NCBI GenBank assembly: GCA_029559475.1
Contig: JAKQBN010000061.1
Span: 3,488-67,487, forward strand
Reading direction: 5' to 3'
Origin: a bacterium
GTDB lineage: Bacteria; UBA4055
DNA: 64,000 nt
Below the pieces are notes generated by a model. It had not been told where the DNA came from and searched no databases. It saw nothing but the letters and a program-made list of their open reading frames with translations. Position 1 is the stretch's first letter. Every line of letters starts with the position of its first letter. Shown piece after piece: positions 47,095 through 57,736 of the stretch. The position numbers and the translations under genes were made by a program.

Positions 47095-49659
47095 ATGAAG
47101 ATCAGGATCGCAATGCTAACGCTGTTATTCGCCGCGTCACTGTTCGGAGCTATGCTCAGGAACATACCTTTTTCAGTCACTCAGCCGGACGGAACAAAAC
47201 TCGACTTGTTCAGTTCGGGAGATGAATACTTCAACAGGCTCCACGACCAAAACGATTACACGATAATACAGGGAGACGACGGCTGGTACTACTACGGGAT
47301 AAATTCAGGAGATGAAGTAATCCCTTCAAAACACATCCTTGGAAAAATAAACCCTGCTCTTACCGGCATACCTTCAGGCGTAAAGATCTCTGAAAAATTA
47401 TACAGGCAGAAAGTTGAAACAAAAAGATCGGTAAAGAACGGTCAGAAAGACGCGCCGACAACGGGGACAATAAACAATCTAGTTATCTTCATTAGATTCT
47501 CAGATGAAGGGTCAACGATATTCAACAGACAGCGCTCATACTACGATGCTTATTTCAACAAATCGGAGGGACCTTCGCTTCAGCACTACTATAAAGAAGT
47601 TTCGTATAACAGACTTGAAGTAAACACAATTTATTACCCTCACGTAGATGACTTCTCAACTAACCTGTCTTATCAGGACACTCAGCCGAGAGGATATTTC
47701 CAGCCATATAATGCAACGACCAATCCTATCGGCTACCAGAACGACAGTCAGAGCACTACTAGAGAGCATGAACTTCTTGAAAGGGCGGTGAATGCCGTAG
47801 CAGCTGAAGTACCGACATCACTCGACATCGATGCTGACGGTGACGGAAACGTGGATAACGTAATATTTCTTATAAGCGGCGCACCCGGAGAATGGGCATC
47901 TTTACTCTGGCCTCATATGTGGTACCTTTACACAAAAAACGTTACAATAAACAGAAAAAGAGTCTGGAACTACAATTTCGATCTAACAGGAACCACGACA
48001 TATTTTACTGTCGGTGTTATAGCCCATGAATTCTTTCACACACTCGGTGCACCGGATCTTTATCATTACTACAATGATACCGCACCTGATGCGGTAGGAT
48101 CCTGGGATGTTATGAACGGCACATCAAATCCGCCTCAGTACATGGGAGCCTGGATGAAATACAAATACGGCCACTGGATAGATACTCTGCATGTCGCGGA
48201 TTCACCCGGAACATATACTTTAAATCCGCTTCATTCAGAAACGCGCAACATTTACAAGATCCCTTCCCCCGCCTCTTTAAACGAATTCTTTATACTCGAA
48301 TACAGGAAACAGACCGGTCTTTATGAGCCGGGACTTCCCGGAACTGCCAGCGGGATTTTGATCTACAGGATTAATTCAAATTACGACGGTAATGCTGACG
48401 GTCCGCCGGATGAAGTTTATTTGTTCAGGCCGAACGGAACGTTAACTGCGTCAGGACAGCTTTCCAGTGCTATCTTCAGCGCGGAAACCGGAAGAACCGA
48501 TTTTAACTTTTCCACAAATCCTTACCCGTTCCTTTCGGACGGTTCCGACGGCGATATCAATATAACCAATATCACTTCGGCTGGCGAGACGATATCGTTC
48601 ACTATCTCCTTGAACGTACTTCCGCCTAAAAACCTTGTGTCTTCTCTCGGTTACGGGAGCGTAGAACTCAACTGGACTGAACCCGATCCTGTTGCGGGAG
48701 CATCGGTATCGAAATATTACGTTTACAGGGACGGATTACTATTATCGGATGCTGTTACAGAAACTAGATATATTGACAATACCGTAACTGAAAGTTCGAC
48801 TTATGTTTATTCAGTATCCGCTTATTATACAGGCGGATCGACAGGCGAATCAATGACCGTTTCTTCAGGATCTGTAACCTACAAAGCTCCTTTCGCAGCG
48901 CCCTATTCGACAGATTTCGCAGACGCGGCGGACTGGTCTCAGGTATCGGAGAACTGCACTCCGAGATGGGAATCTTCTTCTACATCGAACGCTGGAGGTT
49001 CTTCTCCGGAAATGATCGCCGTACTTGAAAATTTCAATCCGGCAGTTTCCAGACTACTAACGCCTCCTATCTCGACGACCGGTATAGACACTTTGAGAAT
49101 ATCATTTAAGCATTATTATGATGCCTACGAGGCCGGCGTTGATTATAAAGTTCAGATAAGTCAGAATAAATACGACTGGACTGACACTCCCTGGTCTTTT
49201 TCAGCTTCGGACGCAGACGTTGGACCCGAAACGGTCGTTCTTGATATTGTATCTTTCCCCGACCCTGTTTATGTAGCATGGACACTGGACGGCAACCAAT
49301 GGGCTTACGACGGCTGGTACATTGACGATGTCAGAGTTTCTGCAAAGAACCCGACATCTGTTAACGATGTCGCTGTTCCAAGTGAAATAAAACTTTACGG
49401 GAACTATCCCAATCCTTTCAATCCGGAGACAACCATATCGTTCAGCATTCCTGAAAACTCTTACACCGAACTCAAGATCTTTGACATGAAAGGTTCTCTA
49501 GTAAGAACTCTTGTTTCAGGACAGCTCAAAGCCGGGCTTCACAAAATGAAATGGGACGGAAGAGACGATCGCGATAGTCAGCTTTCCAGCGGCGTGTATT
49601 ACATTTCTCTGAACGTGAAGGGCGAAAGGCTGATAAGCAGATCGCTGATGATAAAATAA
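47095..49659 (+). CDS. Secreted M6-family metalloprotease with FN3 and T9SS-A/FlgD-Ig C-terminal domain
   Basis: Signal peptide, QPDG...GDEY, DADGDGNVD, WPH, GVIAHEFFHTLGAPDLY, WDVM; GNYPNPFNP. Confidence 0.9.
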   Translation: MKIRIAMLTLLFAASLFGAMLRNIPFSVTQPDGTKLDLFSSGDEYFNRLHDQNDYTIIQGDDGWYYYGINSGDEVIPSKHILGKINPALTGIPSGVKISEKLYRQKVETKRSVKNGQKDAPTTGTINNLVIFIRFSDEGSTIFNRQRSYYDAYFNKSEGPSLQHYYKEVSYNRLEVNTIYYPHVDDFSTNLSYQDTQPRGYFQPYNATTNPIGYQNDSQSTTREHELLERAVNAVAAEVPTSLDIDADGDGNVDNVIFLISGAPGEWASLLWPHMWYLYTKNVTINRKRVWNYNFDLTGTTTYFTVGVIAHEFFHTLGAPDLYHYYNDTAPDAVGSWDVMNGTSNPPQYMGAWMKYKYGHWIDTLHVADSPGTYTLNPLHSETRNIYKIPSPASLNEFFILEYRKQTGLYEPGLPGTASGILIYRINSNYDGNADGPPDEVYLFRPNGTLTASGQLSSAIFSAETGRTDFNFSTNPYPFLSDGSDGDINITNITSAGETISFTISLNVLPPKNLVSSLGYGSVELNWTEPDPVAGASVSKYYVYRDGLLLSDAVTETRYIDNTVTESSTYVYSVSAYYTGGSTGESMTVSSGSVTYKAPFAAPYSTDFADAADWSQVSENCTPRWESSSTSNAGGSSPEMIAVLENFNPAVSRLLTPPISTTGIDTLRISFKHYYDAYEAGVDYKVQISQNKYDWTDTPWSFSASDADVGPETVVLDIVSFPDPVYVAWTLDGNQWAYDGWYIDDVRVSAKNPTSVNDVAVPSEIKLYGNYPNPFNPETTISFSIPENSYTELKIFDMKGSLVRTLVSGQLKAGLHKMKWDGRDDRDSQLSSGVYYISLNVKGERLISRSLMIK

Positions 49660-49678
49660 ATCTATAACGGAGTAACCT

Positions 49679-52450
49679 ATGATCCGCCTCATATTTGCAT
49701 TGATCCTGATTTTATCACTGACTACGGAATCAGCTGAACTTGTAAATTTGAATCCTGACCCGAAAGGCGAAAAATGGATCGCCGGAGGGTTTAAAGCACC
49801 TGACAACTTCGACAGGTCTAAGCTTGATTTTATAGCTCCGCACGCAGTTAAGCACAGAGAACTTCCCTTTCGTGTAGACAATTCTCTTCATAAATATTTC
49901 AGACCTATATTCAATCAGGTCGGCGGAAGCTGTTCGCAGGCGGCGGGAGTCGGATATACCTATACTTATGAAATAGACAGGCTGAGAGACGTTCCTGCCA
50001 ATTTACCTGAAAACCAGTATCCCACGCATTTTACATATAATTTTCTTAACGACGGAAGCGGCGAGAACGGATCGTGGTGGGCTGACGGCTGGGATATTAT
50101 CAGTTCTTCTGGGATAATGAATATCAAGGATTACGGCGGATCGTTCGCGACAGGCGGGAACTCAAGATGGATCTCAGGCATTGCACCGTGGACTAATGGT
50201 CAGGTGAACAGGATAGCGTCATACACTTCGATCGATGTGGGAACGCCCGAAGGATTGAATGTTCTGAAAGGCTGGCTTTACGATCATAATGAAAATTCCC
50301 CGTACGGCGGACTTGCTGTATTCGCGGCAGGAGCGACCGGATATTCAGAGAAACTTCTTCCCGCAGGAACGTACGAAGCAGGAAAAAAGGTTATAACGAA
50401 ATGGGGGCCTGAGGTCAATCACGCCATGACCTACGTAGGATACGACGACAGCGTCAGATTCGATTATAACGGTGACGGCAGATATACGAACGATGTCGAT
50501 ATTAACCGTGACCATGTAGTTGACATGCATGACTGGGAAATCGGCGCGGTGATAGTCGCTAACAGCTGGGGTGATTCGTTCGGCGATTCCGGATTTATAT
50601 ATCAGATGTACAAACTTCTTGCAGATTCGTATGAAAACGGCGGAATTTTCTATTCTTTTGTCGATGTAGTTACTCCACAGATCGTAGATCAGCCGCGATG
50701 GTCGGTCGAAGTAAAAATGAAACATGAACAGAGGAACACTTACAGGATAAGTTCAGGTGCTTCGCAGAATATATATTCTTCTTCACCATCAAACACTTAC
50801 ACTTACCCCTTTATGAAAAATCAGGGCGGAACATTTTATCCTCAGGGTATTAAGACCGAAGCGAACAAATATATTGAGTTCGCGATTGACATAACAGGAA
50901 TAGTCGGGCATATCGATCCTTCAAGGCCGTTCAGATACTATTTCATGCTAGACGAGAACGATGTTTATAATAAATATGACGGAGAAATAATCGATGTCGC
51001 GGTAATTGATAATCTGACAGGGCGAAGATATTATAACACATCGGGCAGCACTCCTGTAGTAAATCATGGAAAAACTACCATTTCGGTAATTATAGACGAA
51101 AATACATTCGTACCGGAATGTCTGACAGCATATGCAGGCGACGGCATTGTAAAGCTGAACTGGTCGGCACCTGAATTAAGATCCACAGAATTCGAGAGTT
51201 TCAGCGTTTACCGTGACGGTTCTCTTTTAGAATCGGGTCTGACAGAATGTTCATATATCGATCAGGATGTTACAAACGGAAATTTATATACATACAAAGT
51301 AGCCGCTGTATTCTCGGGAACTTTTACGGGAGAAATAATGTCGTTTCAGGTTCAGGCTATGCCGAATGATCCTTCAGCTCTTCCCTATTTTACCGACTTT
51401 GAAGAGGGTGCGGACGGATGGACATTTTCAAATCTTCTTACTACAGGCTGGCTCATAGGAGACACTTCATTCGGTTCAGAATACTGTGATTATACAGGAA
51501 ACGACACACAGTTCCTTCTTGCCAATCCGGACGGTGCCGGGGACAAAACAGTTGTGATAGATCATGCGGTGTCTCCGTTATTAAATATTAGTTACTACAG
51601 CGGTCTGAGCCTCGAATTCGATTATATTCTTAATAACGAATCAGACGAATTCTACTTCTGCGATATTTCTGTAATGTATAGAACCGGCCTTGATCAGGAA
51701 TGGGTGCTTCTGGAACAGCTTTCAGACGCGGACAGCTGGACACACAAAGCAATTAATATCCCTGTCGAAGCCTCGGCCTCGAACTGCACTCAGATATCTT
51801 TCTTTATCGATAACCATTATCAGTGGTCAATGGGCGGGGGAGGTATAGACAACGTTCAATTGAACGGAACTATGAACACCATTGCTCCGGTGATAACTGA
51901 ATTCGCTCCGGAAAATCCTCAGATATCGCTCAGCACATACGAAAGCGTTCAGTTCTCGGTCACAGCAGAAGATCCTGATACAGGATCTTCCGGACTGCAG
52001 TATTTGTGGTACGTCGACGATATATTGGCTCAGTCGGGGAATTCATCGGGGTTCTTATCAGGATTTGAAAAGGCCGGCAGCTATGAAATAAAGGCTGTTG
52101 TTACTGACGGCTACAGTGAAGATTCCATGACCTGGACCGTAATGCAGACCGGAACTGATGAGAACGTTCCTCTTACCACCGAACTTTATCAGAACTATCC
52201 TAATCCGTTCAATCCCGATACTGTGATACGATTCGATAATTCAAGAGCTTCATCAGTTAAGCTGGTAATATATAACTGCAGCGGACAGAACGTGAGGACG
52301 CTTGTTAAAGGAAATCTCGCAGCCGGTAAATATTCTTTTATATGGGACGGAAAGGATTTTAAAGGCGCTTCTCTTTCATCCGGAGTCTATTATTACAGGA
52401 TAGAAGCTGATTCTTATATAAAAAGCCATAAAATGATGCTTTTTAAATGA
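49679..52450 (+). CDS. Secreted papain-like (C1A) cysteine peptidase with FN3 and T9SS-A/FlgD-Ig C-terminal domain
   Basis: NQVGGSCSQ (Gln/Cys), NHAMTYVGYDD (His), ANSWG (Asn); QNYPNPFNP. Confidence 0.88.
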   Translation: MIRLIFALILILSLTTESAELVNLNPDPKGEKWIAGGFKAPDNFDRSKLDFIAPHAVKHRELPFRVDNSLHKYFRPIFNQVGGSCSQAAGVGYTYTYEIDRLRDVPANLPENQYPTHFTYNFLNDGSGENGSWWADGWDIISSSGIMNIKDYGGSFATGGNSRWISGIAPWTNGQVNRIASYTSIDVGTPEGLNVLKGWLYDHNENSPYGGLAVFAAGATGYSEKLLPAGTYEAGKKVITKWGPEVNHAMTYVGYDDSVRFDYNGDGRYTNDVDINRDHVVDMHDWEIGAVIVANSWGDSFGDSGFIYQMYKLLADSYENGGIFYSFVDVVTPQIVDQPRWSVEVKMKHEQRNTYRISSGASQNIYSSSPSNTYTYPFMKNQGGTFYPQGIKTEANKYIEFAIDITGIVGHIDPSRPFRYYFMLDENDVYNKYDGEIIDVAVIDNLTGRRYYNTSGSTPVVNHGKTTISVIIDENTFVPECLTAYAGDGIVKLNWSAPELRSTEFESFSVYRDGSLLESGLTECSYIDQDVTNGNLYTYKVAAVFSGTFTGEIMSFQVQAMPNDPSALPYFTDFEEGADGWTFSNLLTTGWLIGDTSFGSEYCDYTGNDTQFLLANPDGAGDKTVVIDHAVSPLLNISYYSGLSLEFDYILNNESDEFYFCDISVMYRTGLDQEWVLLEQLSDADSWTHKAINIPVEASASNCTQISFFIDNHYQWSMGGGGIDNVQLNGTMNTIAPVITEFAPENPQISLSTYESVQFSVTAEDPDTGSSGLQYLWYVDDILAQSGNSSGFLSGFEKAGSYEIKAVVTDGYSEDSMTWTVMQTGTDENVPLTTELYQNYPNPFNPDTVIRFDNSRASSVKLVIYNCSGQNVRTLVKGNLAAGKYSFIWDGKDFKGASLSSGVYYYRIEADSYIKSHKMMLFK

Positions 52451-53091
52451 TAGAACTGAACAGATACATCGAACATACTGTGCTTAAACAAGGAATTACC
52501 GAATCCCTCATAAGGGATAATTTCGAGCTTTGCACCGGATATGGACTTCCTGTCTTCGTTATACCGCCGGCAATGGTAAAATTCGCTTCCTCGTTAAGGT
52601 TCGACAAAGCCGTATCTATCTGCACGGTCATTGGTTTCCCTCTCGGATATAATACGCACAAAACCAAAATGTACGAGATCTCGGACGCCATCGAGAAAGG
52701 CGCGGATCATATCGACCTTGTGATCAATAACAGCATTATTAAAGACGCCGCCTGGGACAGATTTGATGCCGAAATGGCTGAATACAGGAAAGCCTGCAGC
52801 GGTAAAATTCTAAAAATAATAGTCGAGACATCCATTATCACCAGAAACGAGCTTGACAGGATTGCTCAGACCCTTGTGAACAACGGGATCGATTATATTA
52901 AAACATCTACCGGAATGGTCGGCGACGGTGCGAAACTCGACGACATTAAATTCCTTAAAGAATATTACGGAAATAAGATAAAGATCAAAGCTTCAGGCGG
53001 AATTAAAACAAAGGAACAAGTATTAGAGTTCATCGAAGCCGGAGCTGACAAAATAGGCACATCATCAGCAAAACAGATCCTGGAAAATTAA
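52447..53091 (+). CDS. deoC: Deoxyribose-phosphate aldolase
   Basis: IEHTVLK, CTVIGFPLG, GADHIDLV, LKIIVET, IKTSTG, IKASGGI, IGTSS. Confidence 0.95.
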   Translation: MIELNRYIEHTVLKQGITESLIRDNFELCTGYGLPVFVIPPAMVKFASSLRFDKAVSICTVIGFPLGYNTHKTKMYEISDAIEKGADHIDLVINNSIIKDAAWDRFDAEMAEYRKACSGKILKIIVETSIITRNELDRIAQTLVNNGIDYIKTSTGMVGDGAKLDDIKFLKEYYGNKIKIKASGGIKTKEQVLEFIEAGADKIGTSSAKQILEN

Positions 53092-53262
53092 TAATTAGTT
53101 CATAGATTTACTTAAGTCTAACATACATCCATTTTGAAAGATAAGAATTTATGTGATTTATTTATGCATAACAAACAGGTTCAAAATTCAATACAGTTGC
53201 GTCTGTAAAAAAAAATCATTATTATTACTATTGTGTTTAATCTTACAAGAGGAAGGTAGAAT

Positions 53263-54702
53263 ATGAAAATTAAATTTATTACCGTATTAATGATGGTTTT
53301 TGCAGCGTTGTTGTATTCCGTCACCTCGCATGATCTTTACAATACTGCCTGTAATTTTATTACAGTACACAAATTAAACATAAACGCCTCTCAAAATCAT
53401 CATGAGCTAATAAATGGCGAAGTTTGCCTTGCTTACGCATATTCTTGCTACCCTACAGGTTTCGTGGTTGTCTGCGCTGATGATAAACTGCCGCCGGTGA
53501 TCGCATACAGCGACAGGAACGACTTCGATCCTGCCTCTCCGCTCGCATCTCTATTGAAAGCCGACCTCTCGAAACGGCTCGAGAATTATGAGAAAATGGA
53601 TAGCTCTGAAAAAGAAAAGATAAGTGAAAAATGGGAGTTTTTATCAAATGATAAATCTACTCCTGAATATGAGCAGTGGCCGCCCGAGGGGACGACTTCG
53701 ACAGGCGGATGGACCGAGACCAGATGGAATCAGGGTGCGCCTTATAATAAATTCTGCCCGATGGATCTTTCCTCCAATTCACGATCATATACAGGCTGTC
53801 CTGCTACCGCTATGTCCCAGCTTTTAAATTATCATAAACAACTGAACGGAACACGTTTTCAGTACCGAAAAGACAGGTATTATCACAGTTATACCCAGAA
53901 TTTTTGGATAGATGATGCCAGCGAGACTTACGGTTTTCTCGATTTTGATCAAACAAATATTTATCTGGACAGCATAGAATCAAAATGGGCTGAAGGCAGG
54001 ACCATTAATACTGACGATATCGCCGCATTGAACTGGGCCTGCGGTATCGCTACAAAATCGGTTTTTTCAGCATCAGGCTCCGGAACATTCGGCGTTGATC
54101 AGGCTTATGACGCTTATAAAAGATTCGGATTTATGAACTGTGTTCTCATGGGCAGCGTATATTCAGATAAGGATATAAAAACTAAAATGGCCGATAACAT
54201 AAAGGTCGGATTACCTGTGCATCTCGCTACAGTTGACGAAGCATGGTCATCAGGACACAACGTTGTTTGCGACGGATATAATACGGATGATTATTTCAGG
54301 CTGAATTTCGGATGGGGCGGCAGCGCTGACGGATGGTACAGCCTGCCCGAGGGGTTCCCCTATTCCCTGACCGTATTTGAAGGGATTGTCGCCGATATAA
54401 ACCTGCCTACTGGAATTGAAGAATATCCAGCCCTCGCGACCGGCTTTGATCTTTACCAGAACTACCCTAATCCGTTCAACCCGGCGACCGAAATAAAGTT
54501 CAGCCTTGCTGTAGACGCTAAAGTGAACCTCTCCGTTTACAACACCAACGGCCAGCTTGTACACACTCTCCTTGACGGTAAGACGGAAAAAGGTTATCAT
54601 ACAGTCAACTTCGATGCCTCAGAACTAAATTCAGGAATGTACCTGTACAGGCTCGATGTTAACGGAAATTTGCAGACAAGAAAAATGATAATGTTGAAAT
54701 AA
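53263..54702 (+). CDS. Secreted C10 (streptopain-like) peptidase with T9SS-A/FlgD-Ig C-terminal domain
   Basis: Propeptide GFVVVCADD...PVIAYS, WNQGAPYN, TGCPATAMSQ, GHNVVCDGY, NFGWGG; QNYPNPFNP. Confidence 0.9.
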   Translation: MKIKFITVLMMVFAALLYSVTSHDLYNTACNFITVHKLNINASQNHHELINGEVCLAYAYSCYPTGFVVVCADDKLPPVIAYSDRNDFDPASPLASLLKADLSKRLENYEKMDSSEKEKISEKWEFLSNDKSTPEYEQWPPEGTTSTGGWTETRWNQGAPYNKFCPMDLSSNSRSYTGCPATAMSQLLNYHKQLNGTRFQYRKDRYYHSYTQNFWIDDASETYGFLDFDQTNIYLDSIESKWAEGRTINTDDIAALNWACGIATKSVFSASGSGTFGVDQAYDAYKRFGFMNCVLMGSVYSDKDIKTKMADNIKVGLPVHLATVDEAWSSGHNVVCDGYNTDDYFRLNFGWGGSADGWYSLPEGFPYSLTVFEGIVADINLPTGIEEYPALATGFDLYQNYPNPFNPATEIKFSLAVDAKVNLSVYNTNGQLVHTLLDGKTEKGYHTVNFDASELNSGMYLYRLDVNGNLQTRKMIMLK

Positions 54703-54789
54703 TATTTCAGTATTTTCTTAAAATTACTTGATTTTAATGCGTTCTGTGCCTATATTGTATATACGTAAAATTTGAAATTAGGAGTAATT

Positions 54790-55017
54790 ATGATAAAAAA
54801 ATTGGTTAAACACGGAAATAGTTCTGCACTAATTATTGACAAACCTATTATCGAGATGCTGCATATTGACGAAAATACGAATCTTGAATTGTCAACAGAC
54901 GGAGTCAATATAATTATTTCCCCGGTTAGCGGAATAAACAGAACGAATTTGCTGAAAAATTCCCTCCAGAAGATAAATGAAAAACATATCAATACACTTA
55001 AGAAACTTGCAAAATGA
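54790..55017 (+). CDS. AbrB/MazE-type antitoxin
   Basis: KKLVKHGNSSALIIDK; stop overlaps the toxin start (ATGA). Confidence 0.88.
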   Translation: MIKKLVKHGNSSALIIDKPIIEMLHIDENTNLELSTDGVNIIISPVSGINRTNLLKNSLQKINEKHINTLKKLAK

Positions 55018-55409
55018 CCGATCAAGATATACTTTTTCTGACCCTTGCCGAAATAATAGATATTCATCACAACCAGATAGAATTATACGGCGGGATCGAA
55101 GGTATCAGAGATATCTCTCTTTTAAGCTCAGCTATTTCTATACCGCAATCAACATTCGACGGATATTTCTTGCACGATGACCTTTTTGAAATGGCTTCAG
55201 CTTATATTTATCACCTATGTCAGAACCATCCTTTTGTTGACGGCAATAAAAGAGTTGCTCTGGTCGCCGGCCTTATATTTTTGGATTTCAACGGCATAAG
55301 ATTAGATGATCCTGATGAAAAACTTTATCCAATGATGATTAAAGTTGCATCTGGAAAAGGCGATAAAGAGTATATTAGTAGCGTTTTAAGAAAGCTGTAT
55401 AATAGTTAA
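55014..55409 (+). CDS. Doc/Fic family type II toxin
   Basis: IDIHH, GIRD...LLSSA, NHPFVDGNKR. Confidence 0.92.
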   Translation: MTDQDILFLTLAEIIDIHHNQIELYGGIEGIRDISLLSSAISIPQSTFDGYFLHDDLFEMASAYIYHLCQNHPFVDGNKRVALVAGLIFLDFNGIRLDDPDEKLYPMMIKVASGKGDKEYISSVLRKLYNS

Positions 55410-55411
55410 CA

Positions 55412-56206
55412 CTATCTGCTTCTCTGCCTCAAGGCTTCGTAGAGAATAATTGTGGCTGCCTGATTGACATTTAAAGAATCGGCTACGCCTTTCATGGGAA
55501 TGCTGACTAAAATATCGGCATTCTTTTTCATGGATTCGGATAATCCGAATGCTTCCGATCCTACAACGATCGCTGTTTTCTTTGTAAAATCAGCATCTAA
55601 ATAAACCGTTTCGCCGTAAGGATCGGCTGAAACTATCTGAAATTTCTTCGATTTTAAATACGCTATCGTATCATCGGTCGATGCTTCGATGATCTTCTTT
55701 GAGAATATCGTTCCGGTCGATGCTCTGATGACATTCGGATTTCTGTAATCGGTGATCTTGTCAGCCAGAATTATCGTATCAATCCCAGCCCCGTCCGCCG
55801 TTCTGATGAGCGCGCCTAAGTTGCCGGGTTTCTCGACCGATTCGGCTATTAAAATGAATGAACATTCAGGATCAATGTCCTGTAAGTTCAAAGCCTGAAA
55901 TTCGGCTTTTATGATAATTCCGAAAGGCTGGCTTTTATAAGCTATTTTCTCAAAAACAGCCTTGGTAAGATAAAAGATATTATCCGTTAATTTCGCGATC
56001 TCGTTTAAAATATCCTTTTCGTACCTTCCGAAAATCTCTTCGCAGATAAAAACATCTCTGAATTTTATCCCTGCGTCGATCGCCCTTACTATCTCTCTTT
56101 CGTCCTCGATAAGAATGTCACAGGCTGAAACTTTACCGTTCTTATCCCTGAATCTGACAAGCTCTTTTATCTTCGGATTCTGAAGGCTACTTATCATTTC
56201 TTTCAT
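55412..56206 (-). CDS. TrmH/SpoU family RNA methyltransferase
   Basis: ISSLQNPKIK, EKPGNLGALIRTA, GSEAFGL, IPMKGVADSLNV. Confidence 0.93.
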   Translation of the reverse strand: MKEMISSLQNPKIKELVRFRDKNGKVSACDILIEDEREIVRAIDAGIKFRDVFICEEIFGRYEKDILNEIAKLTDNIFYLTKAVFEKIAYKSQPFGIIIKAEFQALNLQDIDPECSFILIAESVEKPGNLGALIRTADGAGIDTIILADKITDYRNPNVIRASTGTIFSKKIIEASTDDTIAYLKSKKFQIVSADPYGETVYLDADFTKKTAIVVGSEAFGLSESMKKNADILVSIPMKGVADSLNVNQAATIILYEALRQRSR

Positions 56207-56973
56207 TTTACATGCCTCTTGCTTTCGTTCCATATCGCGTCAAGCTCTTCAAGAGATCTGTCCTGTAATTTTCCGCCTGATCTTTCGACTTTTTCTTCAA
56301 TATAATTAAATCTGCCTATGAATTTATTGTTCGCCTTCTGAAGTGCATCCTCCGGATTGACGTTCAGTTTTTTCGCAAGATTGACCATTACGAAAAGAAT
56401 ATCTCCGAGTTCTTCCTCGATATTCTCCGGATCGTTCTTCTTTATACCCTCTTCAAGCTCTGTGATCTCTTCTTTTACTTTTTCTAAGATGTCAACCGAG
56501 TTCTGCCACTCGAAACCTACCGCTCCCGCCTTCTGCTGAAGCCTTAATGACCTTAAAAGCGCGTTGAACGATCTGGGAACTCCGTCAAGTATCCTTTTCT
56601 TGCCTTCCTTTTCCTTCTTTATTATCTCCCAGTTGTTCTTTACCTGATCGGGAGTTAAAGTTTTCTTTTCACCGAAGATGTGTGGATGACGCAGTTCAAG
56701 TTTATCAGAAATGCTTTTCGCCACATCTTCGATATCGAATTCGCCTTTTTCTGAAGCTATCTGCGACTGAAATATTATCTGAAGAAGAAGATCGCCAAGT
56801 TCTTTTTTAAGTTCGGACTTATCTTTATCCTCAATAGCCTCAATGACTTCATAAGCCTCTTCAAGAATGTATTTTCTTAAACTTTCATGGGTTTGTTCGA
56901 GATCCCACGGACAGCCTTCTTTTTTATCCCTCAGCTTTTTCATAATATTTACAAGTCGCTGCATCTGTTCCAT
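56203..56973 (-). CDS. mazG: Nucleoside triphosphate pyrophosphohydrolase MazG
   Basis: GCPWDLEQT, EEAYE, ELGDLL, RHPHIF, EELGDIL. Confidence 0.96.
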   Translation of the reverse strand: MEQMQRLVNIMKKLRDKKEGCPWDLEQTHESLRKYILEEAYEVIEAIEDKDKSELKKELGDLLLQIIFQSQIASEKGEFDIEDVAKSISDKLELRHPHIFGEKKTLTPDQVKNNWEIIKKEKEGKKRILDGVPRSFNALLRSLRLQQKAGAVGFEWQNSVDILEKVKEEITELEEGIKKNDPENIEEELGDILFVMVNLAKKLNVNPEDALQKANNKFIGRFNYIEEKVERSGGKLQDRSLEELDAIWNESKRHVK

Positions 56974-57094
56974 ATCAACTCCGTTTAAAAGTTCAAATAT
57001 ACGAAATTGTTAAACAATTATCATTCAAATTCGTATAATATTTGACACTAAAGGTAAAAAAGTGTATTTTACATTTGAAATAAACGGGGAAACT

Positions 57095-57736
57095 ATGAAA
57101 AAACTGATTTCGTTCCTTATGATCTTTTCGATCCTGTCCGCATCTTACGCTATCTCCGGACAGAAAATAATATCGAATATAAAGGACAATTATAAAAAGA
57201 TGAAAACCTTCGAGAGCGACTTTACACAGATACAGATGTGGGAGCTTGCATCGGAGGAAAGCAGGATCACCGGTAAAATTTATATGAATTCGGATGATTC
57301 GTTCAGGGTCGAGATGCCTGAAGGAGATTACATAATTAGCAACGGAAAAACGGTATGGAGATATTCGACCGAGAACTCGCAGGTTCTTATCGAAGATGTC
57401 AAGAATAACGAGGAATCAATGATACCGGGAAAGCTTTTTTTTGATTTTACCGACAGATACAACCTCAAGGATTATTCCGAAAAGAAAGAGGACGGCAAAG
57501 TAATTTATATGCTCGATCTCGAAGCGCCTAAGGGCAAGGACAGATTCATTTACAGGCTTAAAGTAAAAGTGAACTCTGATTTTCTGCCGGTGGAAATAGA
57601 AAGCTTCGATCTTGACGAGAACAAGAACGTTTACATTCTTGAAAACATTAAGATCAATACAGAGATCGCTAAAGACAAATTCACATACGTAAAAAAAGAT
57701 GGAACTGAAGTGATAGATCTGAGAAAGAAAAAATGA
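57095..57736 (+). CDS. lolA: Outer-membrane lipoprotein carrier LolA-like protein
   Basis: Signal peptide, FESDFTQ, GKIYM...FRVE, IISNGKTVWRY...QV. Confidence 0.8.
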   Translation: MKKLISFLMIFSILSASYAISGQKIISNIKDNYKKMKTFESDFTQIQMWELASEESRITGKIYMNSDDSFRVEMPEGDYIISNGKTVWRYSTENSQVLIEDVKNNEESMIPGKLFFDFTDRYNLKDYSEKKEDGKVIYMLDLEAPKGKDRFIYRLKVKVNSDFLPVEIESFDLDENKNVYILENIKINTEIAKDKFTYVKKDGTEVIDLRKKK

